NCBI GenBank assembly: GCA_965215565.1
Contig: CBDCDZ010000004.1
Location: 960,001 to 1,024,000 of the forward strand
Direction: 5' to 3'
DNA: 64,000 nucleotides
Source of the DNA: Trueperaceae bacterium
GTDB taxonomy: Bacteria; Deinococcota; Deinococci; Deinococcales; Trueperaceae
Part shown: positions 17,573 through 26,805 of the stretch, piece by piece
Layout: the number at the start of each line of letters is the position of its first letter
Position numbering within the stretch: the first letter of the stretch is position 1
The notes under the pieces: generated by a model
The model's database searches: none
What the model was told of the DNA's origin: nothing
What the model saw: only the letters and a program-made list of their open reading frames with translations
Translations under genes and position numbers: made by a program

Positions 17573-19849
17573 GTGAGAACCTTGTCAAGCCAGCGTCGCC
17601 AGAATCGCTACACTACCTCTATGGTCGCACGCCTCCGCAGCCTCTTTTCAAAACCGCCCTCGCTGGGTACCAGGCTCCTCCTCATCGCCTCAGCTTCGAC
17701 GCTCGTTCCCTTTGTGGTCATGCTTTTTAGCGCAACCTTGCAGCGTCAGTCGCTGGAGGCGTACGCCAAAGAGGAGGCGCTCAGGAGCGTGCGGCTCATC
17801 TCGGCAGAGCAGCACCAGCATATCGAATTAGCGGAGGAACTCTTGGCGGTGCTGTCGCACGTACCGGCAGTCAGCGAGAGGGACCCCGAAGCGTGCCCCG
17901 CGCTCTTGCAAGACATCATGCTGCAGTTTCCTATCTACACCATGATGGGTGTGCTGGAGCGTAATGGCGATATGTCGTGTAGCGCACTCCCGCTAGAAAG
18001 ACCCGTCAACGCCGCAGACCGCGTCTGGTTTCAAGACGCAGTCGGCACGAGAGGTTTCGTCGTGAGCGACTACATCATCGGGCGCGTCTCGGGTAAGCCG
18101 GCGCTCTCGCTCGGCTATCCACTTTTAGACGCGGCAGGCGAGACCGAAGCCGTCGCTTTCATCGGGCTCAACCTGCGTTGGCTCGACACGCTCATCGGGG
18201 GCGCGCAGCTCCCGGAGGGGGCGTCGCTCACGCTCATCGACGCTGAAGGCACGGTGCTCGCCAGCCGAGGTCCATTGGGGGAAACCTATATGATCGGGGA
18301 GAGCCTCGAGGAGACGCCTCTGGTGCAGCAGGTGCTCGCCGAGCAGACGGGCGTCGTGCAGCGCAAGCTAGAGGGGCAAACGGAGATTATCGGCTTCGCG
18401 CCCCTAGACCCGAACCTCACGGCGGGCTCGGTGATCGTGAGCATCCCTAGAGCCGTCGCCTTCGCTGAAGCTGACGACATCTTCTACCGCAGCACGCTGA
18501 CCCTGCTTAGCGTCTGCGTGAGCCTCCTCGCCGCTACTTGGTGGACGCTTCACCACTACGTGGGGCGTCCGGCGCAGGTGCTCTTGCAGACGACGCGGCG
18601 GCTGCGCGATGGCGACTTGGACGCCCGCACCGAGCTGCCTGCAAAGGGCGAACTCGGTCAGCTCGCTCGCCACTTCGACGCGATGGCGGCGTCCTTGCAA
18701 GCGAGAGAGCGGGAGGCCGGACGGGCAAAAACGCAGCTCCAGACGGCGAACGACAAGCTCTCGCGCTCCGTGCAGACCCTCGCCGTGCGCAACCGCGAGA
18801 TGACGCTCCTAACCCACTTCGGCGAACTGCTCCAGGCGAGCCTCTCGGTGCACGAGGCGTACCGCATTTTAGAGCAACTCGCCGTCGGTCTCTTCCCAGA
18901 CCTTTCCGGCGAGGTCTACGTCTTTGATACGAACAAAGAGTACGCCGTGCGCAGGGCGAGTTGGACTGGAGGAGAGGCCAACATAACGGTATCAGCGGAG
19001 ACGTTCGCGCTCACCGACTGCTGGGCGCTGCGCCGCACGCAGCCGCACCTCTACACGAAAGGAAAAGCGGACGTGCTCTGTTCTCACCTCGGGACGGGGC
19101 CCCAGACACACATTAAAGACGCCGCCCACCTGTGCATCCCCCTCATCGCTCAGGGCGAAGTCTTCGGCGTGCTCCATCTACAAGGAGACGCCGCCGCGCT
19201 GCAAAAAGACATGCAGCGCTTTAGCCGCACCGCCGCCGAGCAGTTCGCGCTCTCGCTCGCGGGGCTCACGCTCAAAGAGGAGCTGCACTACCAGTCCACC
19301 CGTGACCCGCTCACGGGGCTCTTCAACCGCCGTTACTTGGAGGAAACCTTGGAGCGCGAACTCGCTCGCGCCGCGCGTAACGGGACCTCTTTGGGCGTCG
19401 TCATGATCGACATCGACCACTTCAAAACCTTTAACGACACCTTCGGGCACCGCGCGGGCGACCTGGTCTTGCGCGAAGTCGCCGCGCTCTTGCAGCGGAG
19501 CGTGCGCTCGAGCGACATCTGCTGCCGCTACGGGGGCGAAGAGCTTACGCTCGTGCTGCTCGACGCCTCCTTGGAGAATACCTGTAAGCGGGCGGAGTAT
19601 ATCCGCGAGGCGTTAGAAGCGCTCACCCTCACGCATGAAGGGCGCTCGCTCGGCAAACTCACGGCGTCGTTCGGCGTGGTCAGTGCACCGCAGCACGGCG
19701 AGCGCATAGGCGACCTCTTGGAAAAGGCGGATTTGGCGCTCTACAAGGCGAAGCACAGAGGGCGCAACCGTGTCGAAGCGGCAGGGATTGAAGAGGTTAC
19801 TCAGAGTGATGCAGACCGGAGTGAAGAGGTCCCCATAGAGAACGGTTAG
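17573..19849 (+). CDS. Membrane sensor diguanylate cyclase (Cache-HAMP-GAF-GGDEF)
   Basis: Two TMs flanking a Cache-like domain, HAMP, DPLTGLFNRR, DIDHFK, RSSD I-site and GGEEL; start may be ATG 17621. Confidence 0.92.
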   Translation: MRTLSSQRRQNRYTTSMVARLRSLFSKPPSLGTRLLLIASASTLVPFVVMLFSATLQRQSLEAYAKEEALRSVRLISAEQHQHIELAEELLAVLSHVPAVSERDPEACPALLQDIMLQFPIYTMMGVLERNGDMSCSALPLERPVNAADRVWFQDAVGTRGFVVSDYIIGRVSGKPALSLGYPLLDAAGETEAVAFIGLNLRWLDTLIGGAQLPEGASLTLIDAEGTVLASRGPLGETYMIGESLEETPLVQQVLAEQTGVVQRKLEGQTEIIGFAPLDPNLTAGSVIVSIPRAVAFAEADDIFYRSTLTLLSVCVSLLAATWWTLHHYVGRPAQVLLQTTRRLRDGDLDARTELPAKGELGQLARHFDAMAASLQAREREAGRAKTQLQTANDKLSRSVQTLAVRNREMTLLTHFGELLQASLSVHEAYRILEQLAVGLFPDLSGEVYVFDTNKEYAVRRASWTGGEANITVSAETFALTDCWALRRTQPHLYTKGKADVLCSHLGTGPQTHIKDAAHLCIPLIAQGEVFGVLHLQGDAAALQKDMQRFSRTAAEQFALSLAGLTLKEELHYQSTRDPLTGLFNRRYLEETLERELARAARNGTSLGVVMIDIDHFKTFNDTFGHRAGDLVLREVAALLQRSVRSSDICCRYGGEELTLVLLDASLENTCKRAEYIREALEALTLTHEGRSLGKLTASFGVVSAPQHGERIGDLLEKADLALYKAKHRGRNRVEAAGIEEVTQSDADRSEEVPIENG

Positions 19850-19932
19850 GTTATCCTTCGCAAACACCTCTTGATGGTTTGAGGTCCCAGATGTGATTCA
19901 ATAGCGTTACATTCGCGTGAGGAGAACCTTAT

Positions 19933-20817
19933 GTGCGCACCCATAACGCTAAAACTAGAACTCCCCCGCAGCGCCAAAACGCAGTGAGCGCAGAGCACGC
20001 TAAATTCTGGCGCGACAAGGCGTTAGGCTTCGACTTGCTTCACGCCACTTACGTCAAACACAGCTTCGCGCCGCACACGCACGAAGGGTACGTCATCGGC
20101 GTCGTTGACAGGGGCGTTCAGACCTTTCGCTATAGAGGTGCCGCGCACTACGCGCCGCCAGGTCACGTCATTTTGGTCAACCCTGGTGAGGTACATACGG
20201 GCTCCGCCGCGCACGAAGCGGGCTGGACGTACCGTCCATGTTATCCACCTGCTCGGGCACTTAGAGCGGTTCACGAAGAATTGGGACGCAGGGATGCGCC
20301 TTACTTTCCCGACGCCGTCGTCCATGACCCGCTGCTCGCTAAGAAGCTGCGAGCGTTTCACCGCGCCTCGGAAGACGACGCCTCACTCCTGACGCGGAGC
20401 ACCGCGCTTTTTGAAATGCTCACGGTGCTGATTCAGCGGCACGCGGACGTGCGCCCGACCTCTCTACAAGGGGGTTCCTTACTACAAAAGGGTTCAGGGC
20501 ACCGCAAAGTGGACGAGGCTAGAGACTATCTGGACGCTTACGCCGAGCACGAAATCCGCTTGGAACGTCTCGCCGATCTGGTTGAACTAAGCCCTTGGTA
20601 CTTGCTGCGCACCTTTCGCCGCGAAACCGGGCTCACGCCGCACACCTATCAATTACAGAAGAGGCTCGAGAGGGCTAAAGTGTTACTTGCCCGGGGTGAA
20701 ACACCCGCACAAGTCGCCTTCCAAGTCGGTTTTTACGACCAGAGTCACCTGGGTAAACACTTCAAGAGGTTCGTCGGGGTGACGCCCGCGCAGTTTGCGA
20801 GGGGTGTCGCGCCGTAG
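19933..20817 (+). CDS. AraC-family transcriptional regulator
   Basis: FAPHTHEGY ligand domain; GFYDQSHLGKHFKRFVGVTP HTH. Confidence 0.92.
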   Translation: MRTHNAKTRTPPQRQNAVSAEHAKFWRDKALGFDLLHATYVKHSFAPHTHEGYVIGVVDRGVQTFRYRGAAHYAPPGHVILVNPGEVHTGSAAHEAGWTYRPCYPPARALRAVHEELGRRDAPYFPDAVVHDPLLAKKLRAFHRASEDDASLLTRSTALFEMLTVLIQRHADVRPTSLQGGSLLQKGSGHRKVDEARDYLDAYAEHEIRLERLADLVELSPWYLLRTFRRETGLTPHTYQLQKRLERAKVLLARGETPAQVAFQVGFYDQSHLGKHFKRFVGVTPAQFARGVAP

Positions 20818-20894
20818 GTCGCAGTGAGTCTTAGAGAGTCTCGGGCGCAATTTCTTCCTAGCATCTCCGAACTGAGAGGGTATACCCTCTCTAC

Positions 20895-21617
20895 GTGCCC
20901 CCGAGCTTCACGAACTCCAAAGCAGACGCCAAGCCAAATTTCAGCGCGAACTTGAGCGCGGGTTTTAGGGCGATGCTGCCCCTCTGGACAGGGCTCATCC
21001 CCTTCGGCTTAGCGTACGCCCTCTCCGCACGTACAGCCGGGCTGAGCCCTTTTGACACGCAACTGATGAGCGCCTTTGTCCTTGCCGGGAGCGCTCAGTT
21101 TAGCGCCGCCGGGCTCTTCGGTCTCGGCGCGTCGGGCGCGTCCATCGTGCTGACTACTTTCGTGATCAATCTGCGCCACCTGCTCTACACCTTGACGCTG
21201 GGTCAGCGGCTCGAGCTGCGCTGGTCACAGAAACTCTTAGCCGCGCACCTCACCACCGACGAAGCCTTCGGCGTAACGATTGCCAGTGAGAACGTCACTT
21301 ACCCTTTTTTCTTGGGTGCAGCGCTGAGCCTCTTCACCTCATGGAACGCGAGCACGTTAGCGGGTATCCTTCTCAGCACCACTATTCCCAACCCCGCCGC
21401 GCTCGGTATCGACTTCATCTTTCCGCTCGCTTTTTTAGCGCTCCTCATTCCCTTGCTCAGAAGCTGGACGGAGGTAGGTACCGCTACGCTTGCGGGCGTC
21501 AGCGCTCTTTTGGTGACGGACCTTGTCGGTGGCGGCTTGACAATTTTTTTAGTAGGGACGCTCGGCGCACTTTTGGGTGCGTGGTGGACGCAGCCGAAAG
21601 AGGAGAAGAGCGTATGA
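20895..21617 (+). CDS. azlC: AzlC-family branched-chain amino acid exporter permease
   Basis: AGSAQF, INLRHLLY, TDEAF motifs. Confidence 0.88.
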   Translation: MPPSFTNSKADAKPNFSANLSAGFRAMLPLWTGLIPFGLAYALSARTAGLSPFDTQLMSAFVLAGSAQFSAAGLFGLGASGASIVLTTFVINLRHLLYTLTLGQRLELRWSQKLLAAHLTTDEAFGVTIASENVTYPFFLGAALSLFTSWNASTLAGILLSTTIPNPAALGIDFIFPLAFLALLIPLLRSWTEVGTATLAGVSALLVTDLVGGGLTIFLVGTLGALLGAWWTQPKEEKSV

Positions 21618-21910
21618 GCGCCACCCTGATTATCCTCCTGATGGCGCTCGTCACGTACGGACCGCGCCTCGCAGGGTTCGCCCTCTCGGGCGTGCGCTTG
21701 CCCAGCTTCTGGCTGCGCTTCTTGCACTTCGTTCCTATTACAGTGTTTGCTGCGCTGATCGTACCCGCACTGCCCGGTGACGAGGGTGAGGTCAGTATCC
21801 GCCTGGTTGCGGCAACGCTCGCCGCGCTCGCGCTTTGGCGCGCGAAACAACTGTGGTTAGGTATCACCGTAGGGATGGGCGTCTTCTGGCTACTCCGCGC
21901 CCTGCTCTAA
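21614..21910 (+). CDS. azlD: AzlD-domain protein
   Basis: ATGA overlap with the azlC stop; MALVTYGPR...FLHFVP..VFAALI. Confidence 0.85.
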   Translation: MSATLIILLMALVTYGPRLAGFALSGVRLPSFWLRFLHFVPITVFAALIVPALPGDEGEVSIRLVAATLAALALWRAKQLWLGITVGMGVFWLLRALL

Positions 21911-21913
21911 CGC

Positions 21914-22285
21914 TCAGTTCAAAACGCGCATGGCGGGCAACGTGTCGCCTTCTAAAATGCGCAACCAGTGACTCAGCACGTAGACGCTCACGCTTAAAAG
22001 GTTGACAAAGGTGTCCACGTATTGGGGCGTCTCGAGCAGGACCGATTCGGGCGCGTTCTTCGAGAGGATCACCGCTTGCCACGCTTCGGCGGCGACGAGC
22101 GAGGAGCGTTTTATCCCCGCCTCGGCTGCGGGGTAGTCGCGTAAAATGGTTTCAAAATCGGGATGAACCTCGACGGCTTTTTTCACGATATCGAAGTCTA
22201 AGAGTAACCGCTCCAAACGTTGCATCTCATCTTGGCTGTAGGACGTTGTTAAGGTGTTCACGCTTGCCTCCATGTTGCTTATCAA
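21914..22285 (-). CDS. Hypothetical protein
   Basis: 123-aa ORF filling the gap; start uncertain (TTG 22285 or ATG 22273). Confidence 0.55.
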   Translation of the reverse strand: MISNMEASVNTLTTSYSQDEMQRLERLLLDFDIVKKAVEVHPDFETILRDYPAAEAGIKRSSLVAAEAWQAVILSKNAPESVLLETPQYVDTFVNLLSVSVYVLSHWLRILEGDTLPAMRVLN

Positions 22286-22358
22286 GGTAGCGCTTAGAGC
22301 GTTCTATGAGCGTTCCACCTCGAAGAGGTTGAGCCGGAACGCTCGCTATATCTGAAGG

Positions 22359-22386
22359 CAAAAAATAACAGGTCCGAAGACCTGTT
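22359..22386 (-). terminator. Terminator of the small peptide gene
   Basis: AACAGGTC/GACCTGTT stem, then ATTTTTT on the minus strand. Confidence 0.75.
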
Positions 22387-22403
22387 GTGGGGTAAAAGGT
22401 GAG

Positions 22404-22532
22404 TTAGTTGCTGATCTTGAAACCGTTGCTAATCTTAAAGCCGTCGCTTGATTTGCTGGACGAACCCGCAAAGGTGGTGGAAGAAAGCGACACGGTAAAA
22501 ATAAGAAGGAGGGCTAACGCAATTTTTTTCAT
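22404..22532 (-). CDS. 42-aa secreted peptide precursor MKKIALALLLIFTVSLSSTTFAGSSSKSSDGFKISNGFKISN
   Basis: AAGGGAG RBS 6 nt upstream; Sec-type signal peptide; repeats differ only at synonymous positions; own terminator. Confidence 0.8.
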   Translation of the reverse strand: MKKIALALLLIFTVSLSSTTFAGSSSKSSDGFKISNGFKISN

Positions 22533-22598
22533 TTTTATCTCCCTTGTAGTCGGTCTTAATTGGATGAGGTTGCTTCCTCTTCCTCTTGACCTGAAATC

Positions 22599-22708
22599 AG
22601 TCTAAAGGACAAAGGTTGCCAAAAGGTTGCCAAAAAGAGGCTAAAAGGTTGCCGCTCAAACAAGAGGTAAGATTGCGAGTTAAAGAAAGTTTTAACAAGG
22701 CAACCTTT
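22599..22708 (-). promoter_or_regulatory. Putative promoter with phased GGCAACCTTT operator repeats
   Basis: AAAGGTTGCC at 22611, 22622 and 22644; inverted copy at 22699-22708; minus-strand TAGACT -10 box at 22599-22604. Confidence 0.65.
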
Positions 22709-22771
22709 CGCTTTGTCCTCCGGTAGCCGTTCCGCGAACTATGTAATGGACGCTTTCCAACGAAAGATATC

Positions 22772-23719
22772 CTAAGCAGCTTTCCCGCTGACAGCGAGTT
22801 GTGTCACCGCGTTAAAAAAGGCTTCGACGACCTCGACAGGGTAGTGAACGCCCGCAAATTTGCGGATTTCTGCGAACGCGGTCTCGGCGGAGAGTGCTTT
22901 GCGGTAAGGTCTATCGGTAGTCATGGCGTCGAAGGTATCCGCCACAGCCACGATATACGCTTCGGTGAGGATTTCGTCTCCTTTAAGACCATAGGGGTAG
23001 CCCGAACCGTCGAAACGCTCGTGATGTTGTTCCACAATTTTTCCGGCTATGGAGGGATAGGTTCCCTCTAGCGCCTCACGCCCGAACCGCGGGTGCTGTT
23101 CTATCACGCGCCACTCCTCGGGTGTGAGCTTACCGGGCTTATTCAGTATCTCCTCTGGCACTTTCGTCTTACCGATATCGTGAAAGTACGCGCCGTAATC
23201 AAGCCGATGAAGCCTTTCTGCTGAAAGACCGAGTTGCTCACCTGTCGCGTAGGAGAGACGTTGGATGCGGTAGCAGTGGTCCGACGTATATCCGTCTTTA
23301 CGCTCGACTTCGACCGCGAGTTCTCGCAGTTGGCGTATGTCTTCGCTGATCTCATGGAACTGGGGCACCGAGGAGACGAACAGGAAGCGAACTTCGTTCA
23401 GTGCAGAAAAGGTTGTTACGGCAGAAAGTGACTGAACGACGAAGTGATCGCCCGCTCGGAGCGTTTCCCCCTCAGGAGTGCTGAGTTCGCCGGAGAGGAC
23501 GTAGTAGGTTTCTACAGCCCCCTCAAAAGGCGTGAGCGTAAGACGCTGCCCTGCGCGCAACGTTCCCTCGACGACCTCCGCCGTGGCTGAGGACGACAGC
23601 AAGCGAACTTCGATGGAAAGCGAGCTAACGCGCTCTAAGCATTCTCCTGCACGTTGAACAGTAACGCCTTGTACTTTACTCTCAACCGGTCTCTCTGCGA
23701 TCATTCGGTATCTCCTCAA
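22772..23719 (-). CDS. HD-GYP phosphodiesterase with N-terminal cupin-like domain
   Basis: HDIGK, HHERFDGSGYP, DRPYR; ETYYVLSGEL cupin-like strand. Confidence 0.9.
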   Translation of the reverse strand: MRRYRMIAERPVESKVQGVTVQRAGECLERVSSLSIEVRLLSSSATAEVVEGTLRAGQRLTLTPFEGAVETYYVLSGELSTPEGETLRAGDHFVVQSLSAVTTFSALNEVRFLFVSSVPQFHEISEDIRQLRELAVEVERKDGYTSDHCYRIQRLSYATGEQLGLSAERLHRLDYGAYFHDIGKTKVPEEILNKPGKLTPEEWRVIEQHPRFGREALEGTYPSIAGKIVEQHHERFDGSGYPYGLKGDEILTEAYIVAVADTFDAMTTDRPYRKALSAETAFAEIRKFAGVHYPVEVVEAFFNAVTQLAVSGKAA

Positions 23720-23885
23720 GTACCTACTATGCAGCGCACTCCCTTACAGAATTCTTACGCTTATCCGTGTATTTATGAGCTTCGCCAAGCAGCCTACACA
23801 CATGAGCTTGCGCAAACGTGTAGCATCAGGGCAAGTAAAGCTGGAGACGGACAGAGTAGCAAGAGACAGTCCGGGGAGGTTGTTC

Positions 23886-24821
23886 ATGAAACTAGGCATG
23901 GTGGGGCTCGGCAAGATGGGCGGCGATATGACGCGGCGGCTCATGCAGCGTGGTCACGAGGTGGTCGTTTTCGACATCTCCGAGGGCGCAGTGAAGCACT
24001 TGGCAGACGAGGGCGCGACGGCGTCGGAGAGCATCGAGGATATGGTGAGCAAGTTGGAGCCGCCACGTACGGTTTGGCTCTCACTACCTTCGGGTGAGAT
24101 CACGGAGCAGAGCGTAACGCAGACGCTCGAGCTGCTGGAGCCTGAAGACGTGCTCGTAGACAGCGCCAACAGCGACTGGCGCGACACCTTAGCGCGCGAT
24201 AAGAAGGCGGAGGAAGCGGGCGTGCACTACGTTGACGCGGGCGTTTCGGGTGGCATTTGGGGACTGCGCGAGGGCTACAACCTCATGGTCGGCGGCAGCG
24301 ACAAGGCGTTTAGTGATATCGAGCCCGCTCTGCAAGCCTTAGCCCCTGAAGGCGGCTACGCCCACGTCGGACCGGCAGGCAGCGGTCACTTTGTTAAGAT
24401 GGTCCATAACGGCGTCGAGTACGCGCTGATGCAGTCTTATGGGGAGGGGTTCGAGGTGCTCGCGTCCTTTGAACATGCAGAACTTGACCTGCACCAGATC
24501 GCCAAGCTCTGGACGAACGGCTCGGTGATCCGCTCGTGGCTTTTAGAACTCAGTATCAGCGCGCTGAAAGAGGACAAGCGCTTGGAGAATATCGAGGCGT
24601 TTGTCAACGACTCGGGCATGGGGCGCTGGACGGTGGAGTATGGTGTGAACCACGCGGTGCCGACGCCCGCGATTGCAGCGGCGCTCTACGCGCGGTTCTC
24701 GAGCCGTCAACAAGACTCCTTCGCCGCCAAAGTCGCCGCCGCCCTGCGCAACGAGTTCGGCGGTCACAGCGTCAAAAGGCGCGAGCCAGCCGGGGAAGAA
24801 GACCCAGGGAAAGAGCAGTGA
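23886..24821 (+). CDS. gnd: 6-phosphogluconate dehydrogenase (short, decarboxylating)
   Basis: GGAGG RBS; GLGKMG, VSGG, GHFVKMVHNGVEY, LRNEFGGH. Confidence 0.93.
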   Translation: MKLGMVGLGKMGGDMTRRLMQRGHEVVVFDISEGAVKHLADEGATASESIEDMVSKLEPPRTVWLSLPSGEITEQSVTQTLELLEPEDVLVDSANSDWRDTLARDKKAEEAGVHYVDAGVSGGIWGLREGYNLMVGGSDKAFSDIEPALQALAPEGGYAHVGPAGSGHFVKMVHNGVEYALMQSYGEGFEVLASFEHAELDLHQIAKLWTNGSVIRSWLLELSISALKEDKRLENIEAFVNDSGMGRWTVEYGVNHAVPTPAIAAALYARFSSRQQDSFAAKVAAALRNEFGGHSVKRREPAGEEDPGKEQ

Positions 24822-24948
24822 TGGCCTTTGAAGTGCGCGGATATCACGCAACGTGTAAACTAAGGGACTTTTTGTACAGCGAGTACGTTTGTAACCAACG
24901 GCTACCTGCTAGCCACGACCCGATGTTACCTGCTACTGAGGAGGCTTA

Positions 24949-26391
24949 ATGGACGTTCCACCTTGCGCATTTGTGATTTTTGGCATTACCGGCGACCTCG
25001 CCGCCCGCAAACTCATGCCCGCTTTGTACGCCCTGCACCGCACGGGCGCACTTAACAAAGATACCCAGATCGTGGGATTCTCTCGCCGCGACTGGTCCGA
25101 CGACGACTTGCGCGAGGAGATGAAAGGGGCGCTCCAAGAGTACGACGCGGACAACTTCGACGAGGAGAGCTGGGGCGAACTCGCGCCGCGCTTCTCCTTC
25201 GTGTCGGGCTCGTACACCGAAGTCGAGACCTTCAAGAAGCTCAAAGAGCACCTAGACGAGTTGGGGCTCAAAGACCGCATCTTCTACACCTCGACGCCAC
25301 CCGGCACCTACGAAGCGATTGTCGAGAACTTGGGCGCGGCGGGTCTCAACAAAGCTGAAGGCTCCGCGCGGCTGGTGATCGAAAAGCCGTTCGGTCACGA
25401 CTTGGAGAGCGCGAAGAAGCTCAACGACATCGTGCAGGCGAACTTCGAAGAGACGCAAATCTACCGCATCGATCACTATTTAGCGAAAGAGACCGCGCAG
25501 AACATCGCCGCCTTGCGCTTCGCCAACACGATTTTCGAGCCCACCTGGAGTTCGCAGTATGTGGACCACGTGCAGGTCACGATGGCGGAGCCTATCGGCA
25601 TCGGCGGGCGCGGCTCCTTTTACGAAGACGCGGGCGTTATCCGCGACGTGTTTCAAAACCACCTCTTGCAGCTCGTCGCGCTGACCGCTACCGAGCCCCC
25701 CTCGCGCTACGACGCCAAGAGCGTCCGCGACGAGAAGGTCAAGGTCTTCCAGGCGATGTCGTGCGTGAACCCGTCACAGGCGGTTATCGGGCAGTATGCA
25801 GGCAACGGCGAGGCGAAGGCGTACCGGAGCGAAGAGGGCGTGGCGGAGGATTCGCGCCAGGGCACCTACGCCGCCGTCGAACTCCGCATCGAAAACTGGC
25901 GCTGGGCGAACGTCCCCTTCTTCGTGCGCTGCGGCAAGCGCCTCAAGTCCAAGTCGAGCGAGATCGTAGTCGTTTACAAAAGACCGCCGCACGTTCCTTT
26001 TGACTTAGAGAAACCCGTCAAGCAAGACCGGATGATCCTGCGCCTCGTCCCGAATGAGGGCATCACCTTGCGCTTCGACGCCAAACGTCCGGGGCAAGGC
26101 ATCAACCTGACGAAAGCCAGCATGGACTTCTACTACGACCAGGAGTTCAACCGGGGCAACCCCGACGCCTATGAGACGCTCATCCAAGACGCCATGATGG
26201 GCGACCCGACGCTTTTCATGCGCGCAGATGAGGTCGAGGCGCAGTGGCGCATCGTCAAGCCCTTGTTGGAAAACTGGGAAAATTCTACTGAAGACCCCGC
26301 CTTCTACGAGCCGGGCAGTTGGGGACCGGACGAAGCGAACGAGCTGTTAGCGAAAGAAGGCAGGGCGTGGCACGCGCCCGCGACGCAGTAA
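24949..26391 (+). CDS. zwf: Glucose-6-phosphate 1-dehydrogenase
   Basis: GITGDLA, EKPFG, RIDHYLAKE. Confidence 0.95.
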   Translation: MDVPPCAFVIFGITGDLAARKLMPALYALHRTGALNKDTQIVGFSRRDWSDDDLREEMKGALQEYDADNFDEESWGELAPRFSFVSGSYTEVETFKKLKEHLDELGLKDRIFYTSTPPGTYEAIVENLGAAGLNKAEGSARLVIEKPFGHDLESAKKLNDIVQANFEETQIYRIDHYLAKETAQNIAALRFANTIFEPTWSSQYVDHVQVTMAEPIGIGGRGSFYEDAGVIRDVFQNHLLQLVALTATEPPSRYDAKSVRDEKVKVFQAMSCVNPSQAVIGQYAGNGEAKAYRSEEGVAEDSRQGTYAAVELRIENWRWANVPFFVRCGKRLKSKSSEIVVVYKRPPHVPFDLEKPVKQDRMILRLVPNEGITLRFDAKRPGQGINLTKASMDFYYDQEFNRGNPDAYETLIQDAMMGDPTLFMRADEVEAQWRIVKPLLENWENSTEDPAFYEPGSWGPDEANELLAKEGRAWHAPATQ

Positions 26392-26535
26392 GTCTCTGTA
26401 GGGATTGAAAGCAGATTCACGTAGCGAGAAGAGGAGGGAGGATGCATCGTAGTATTCTCCCTCTCACTTCGCGTATTCTCAGCAACTCCACAGTATTAGC
26501 CTCAGCACCAACTTTGACGCAAGAAAGGCTACTCC

Positions 26536-26694
26536 ATGAATGACGAAAGACCCAAACGCGAACGCCCGACCCTGACCGAGCTTAACTTGCTCGTCGAGGA
26601 GCACGAGAAGGAGAGTGACCCCGAGCGCAAGGAAGAGCTTCGGCAGCAGTTAGAGAAGATGGAGAAAGAAGTGGCGGAGGCAAATCAGTCTTAG
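26536..26694 (+). CDS. 52-aa charged, coiled-coil-like hypothetical protein
   Basis: AAGAAAGG RBS; MNDERPKRERPTLTELNLLVEEHEKESDPERKEELRQQLEKMEKEVAEANQS. Confidence 0.55.
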   Translation: MNDERPKRERPTLTELNLLVEEHEKESDPERKEELRQQLEKMEKEVAEANQS

Positions 26695-26805
26695 CATCTG
26701 CCTGTCTTAGCGTTTACGAAGTAGAGAGGCTCGAGTTCCCTCCCCATCCTTCACGTCTTCAGGTTCGAACCCTTCAGTAGGTAGAGTCACGTGGGAACAC
26801 CGCCC

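Noticed and set aside
22540..22770. c-di-GMP riboswitch near the HD-GYP gene
   Set aside because: I could not match the GEMM consensus; phased direct repeats fit a DNA operator better. An Infernal search would settle it
23775..23885. Longer start for gnd
   Set aside because: The RBS and family N-terminus (MKLGMVGLG) support ATG 23886
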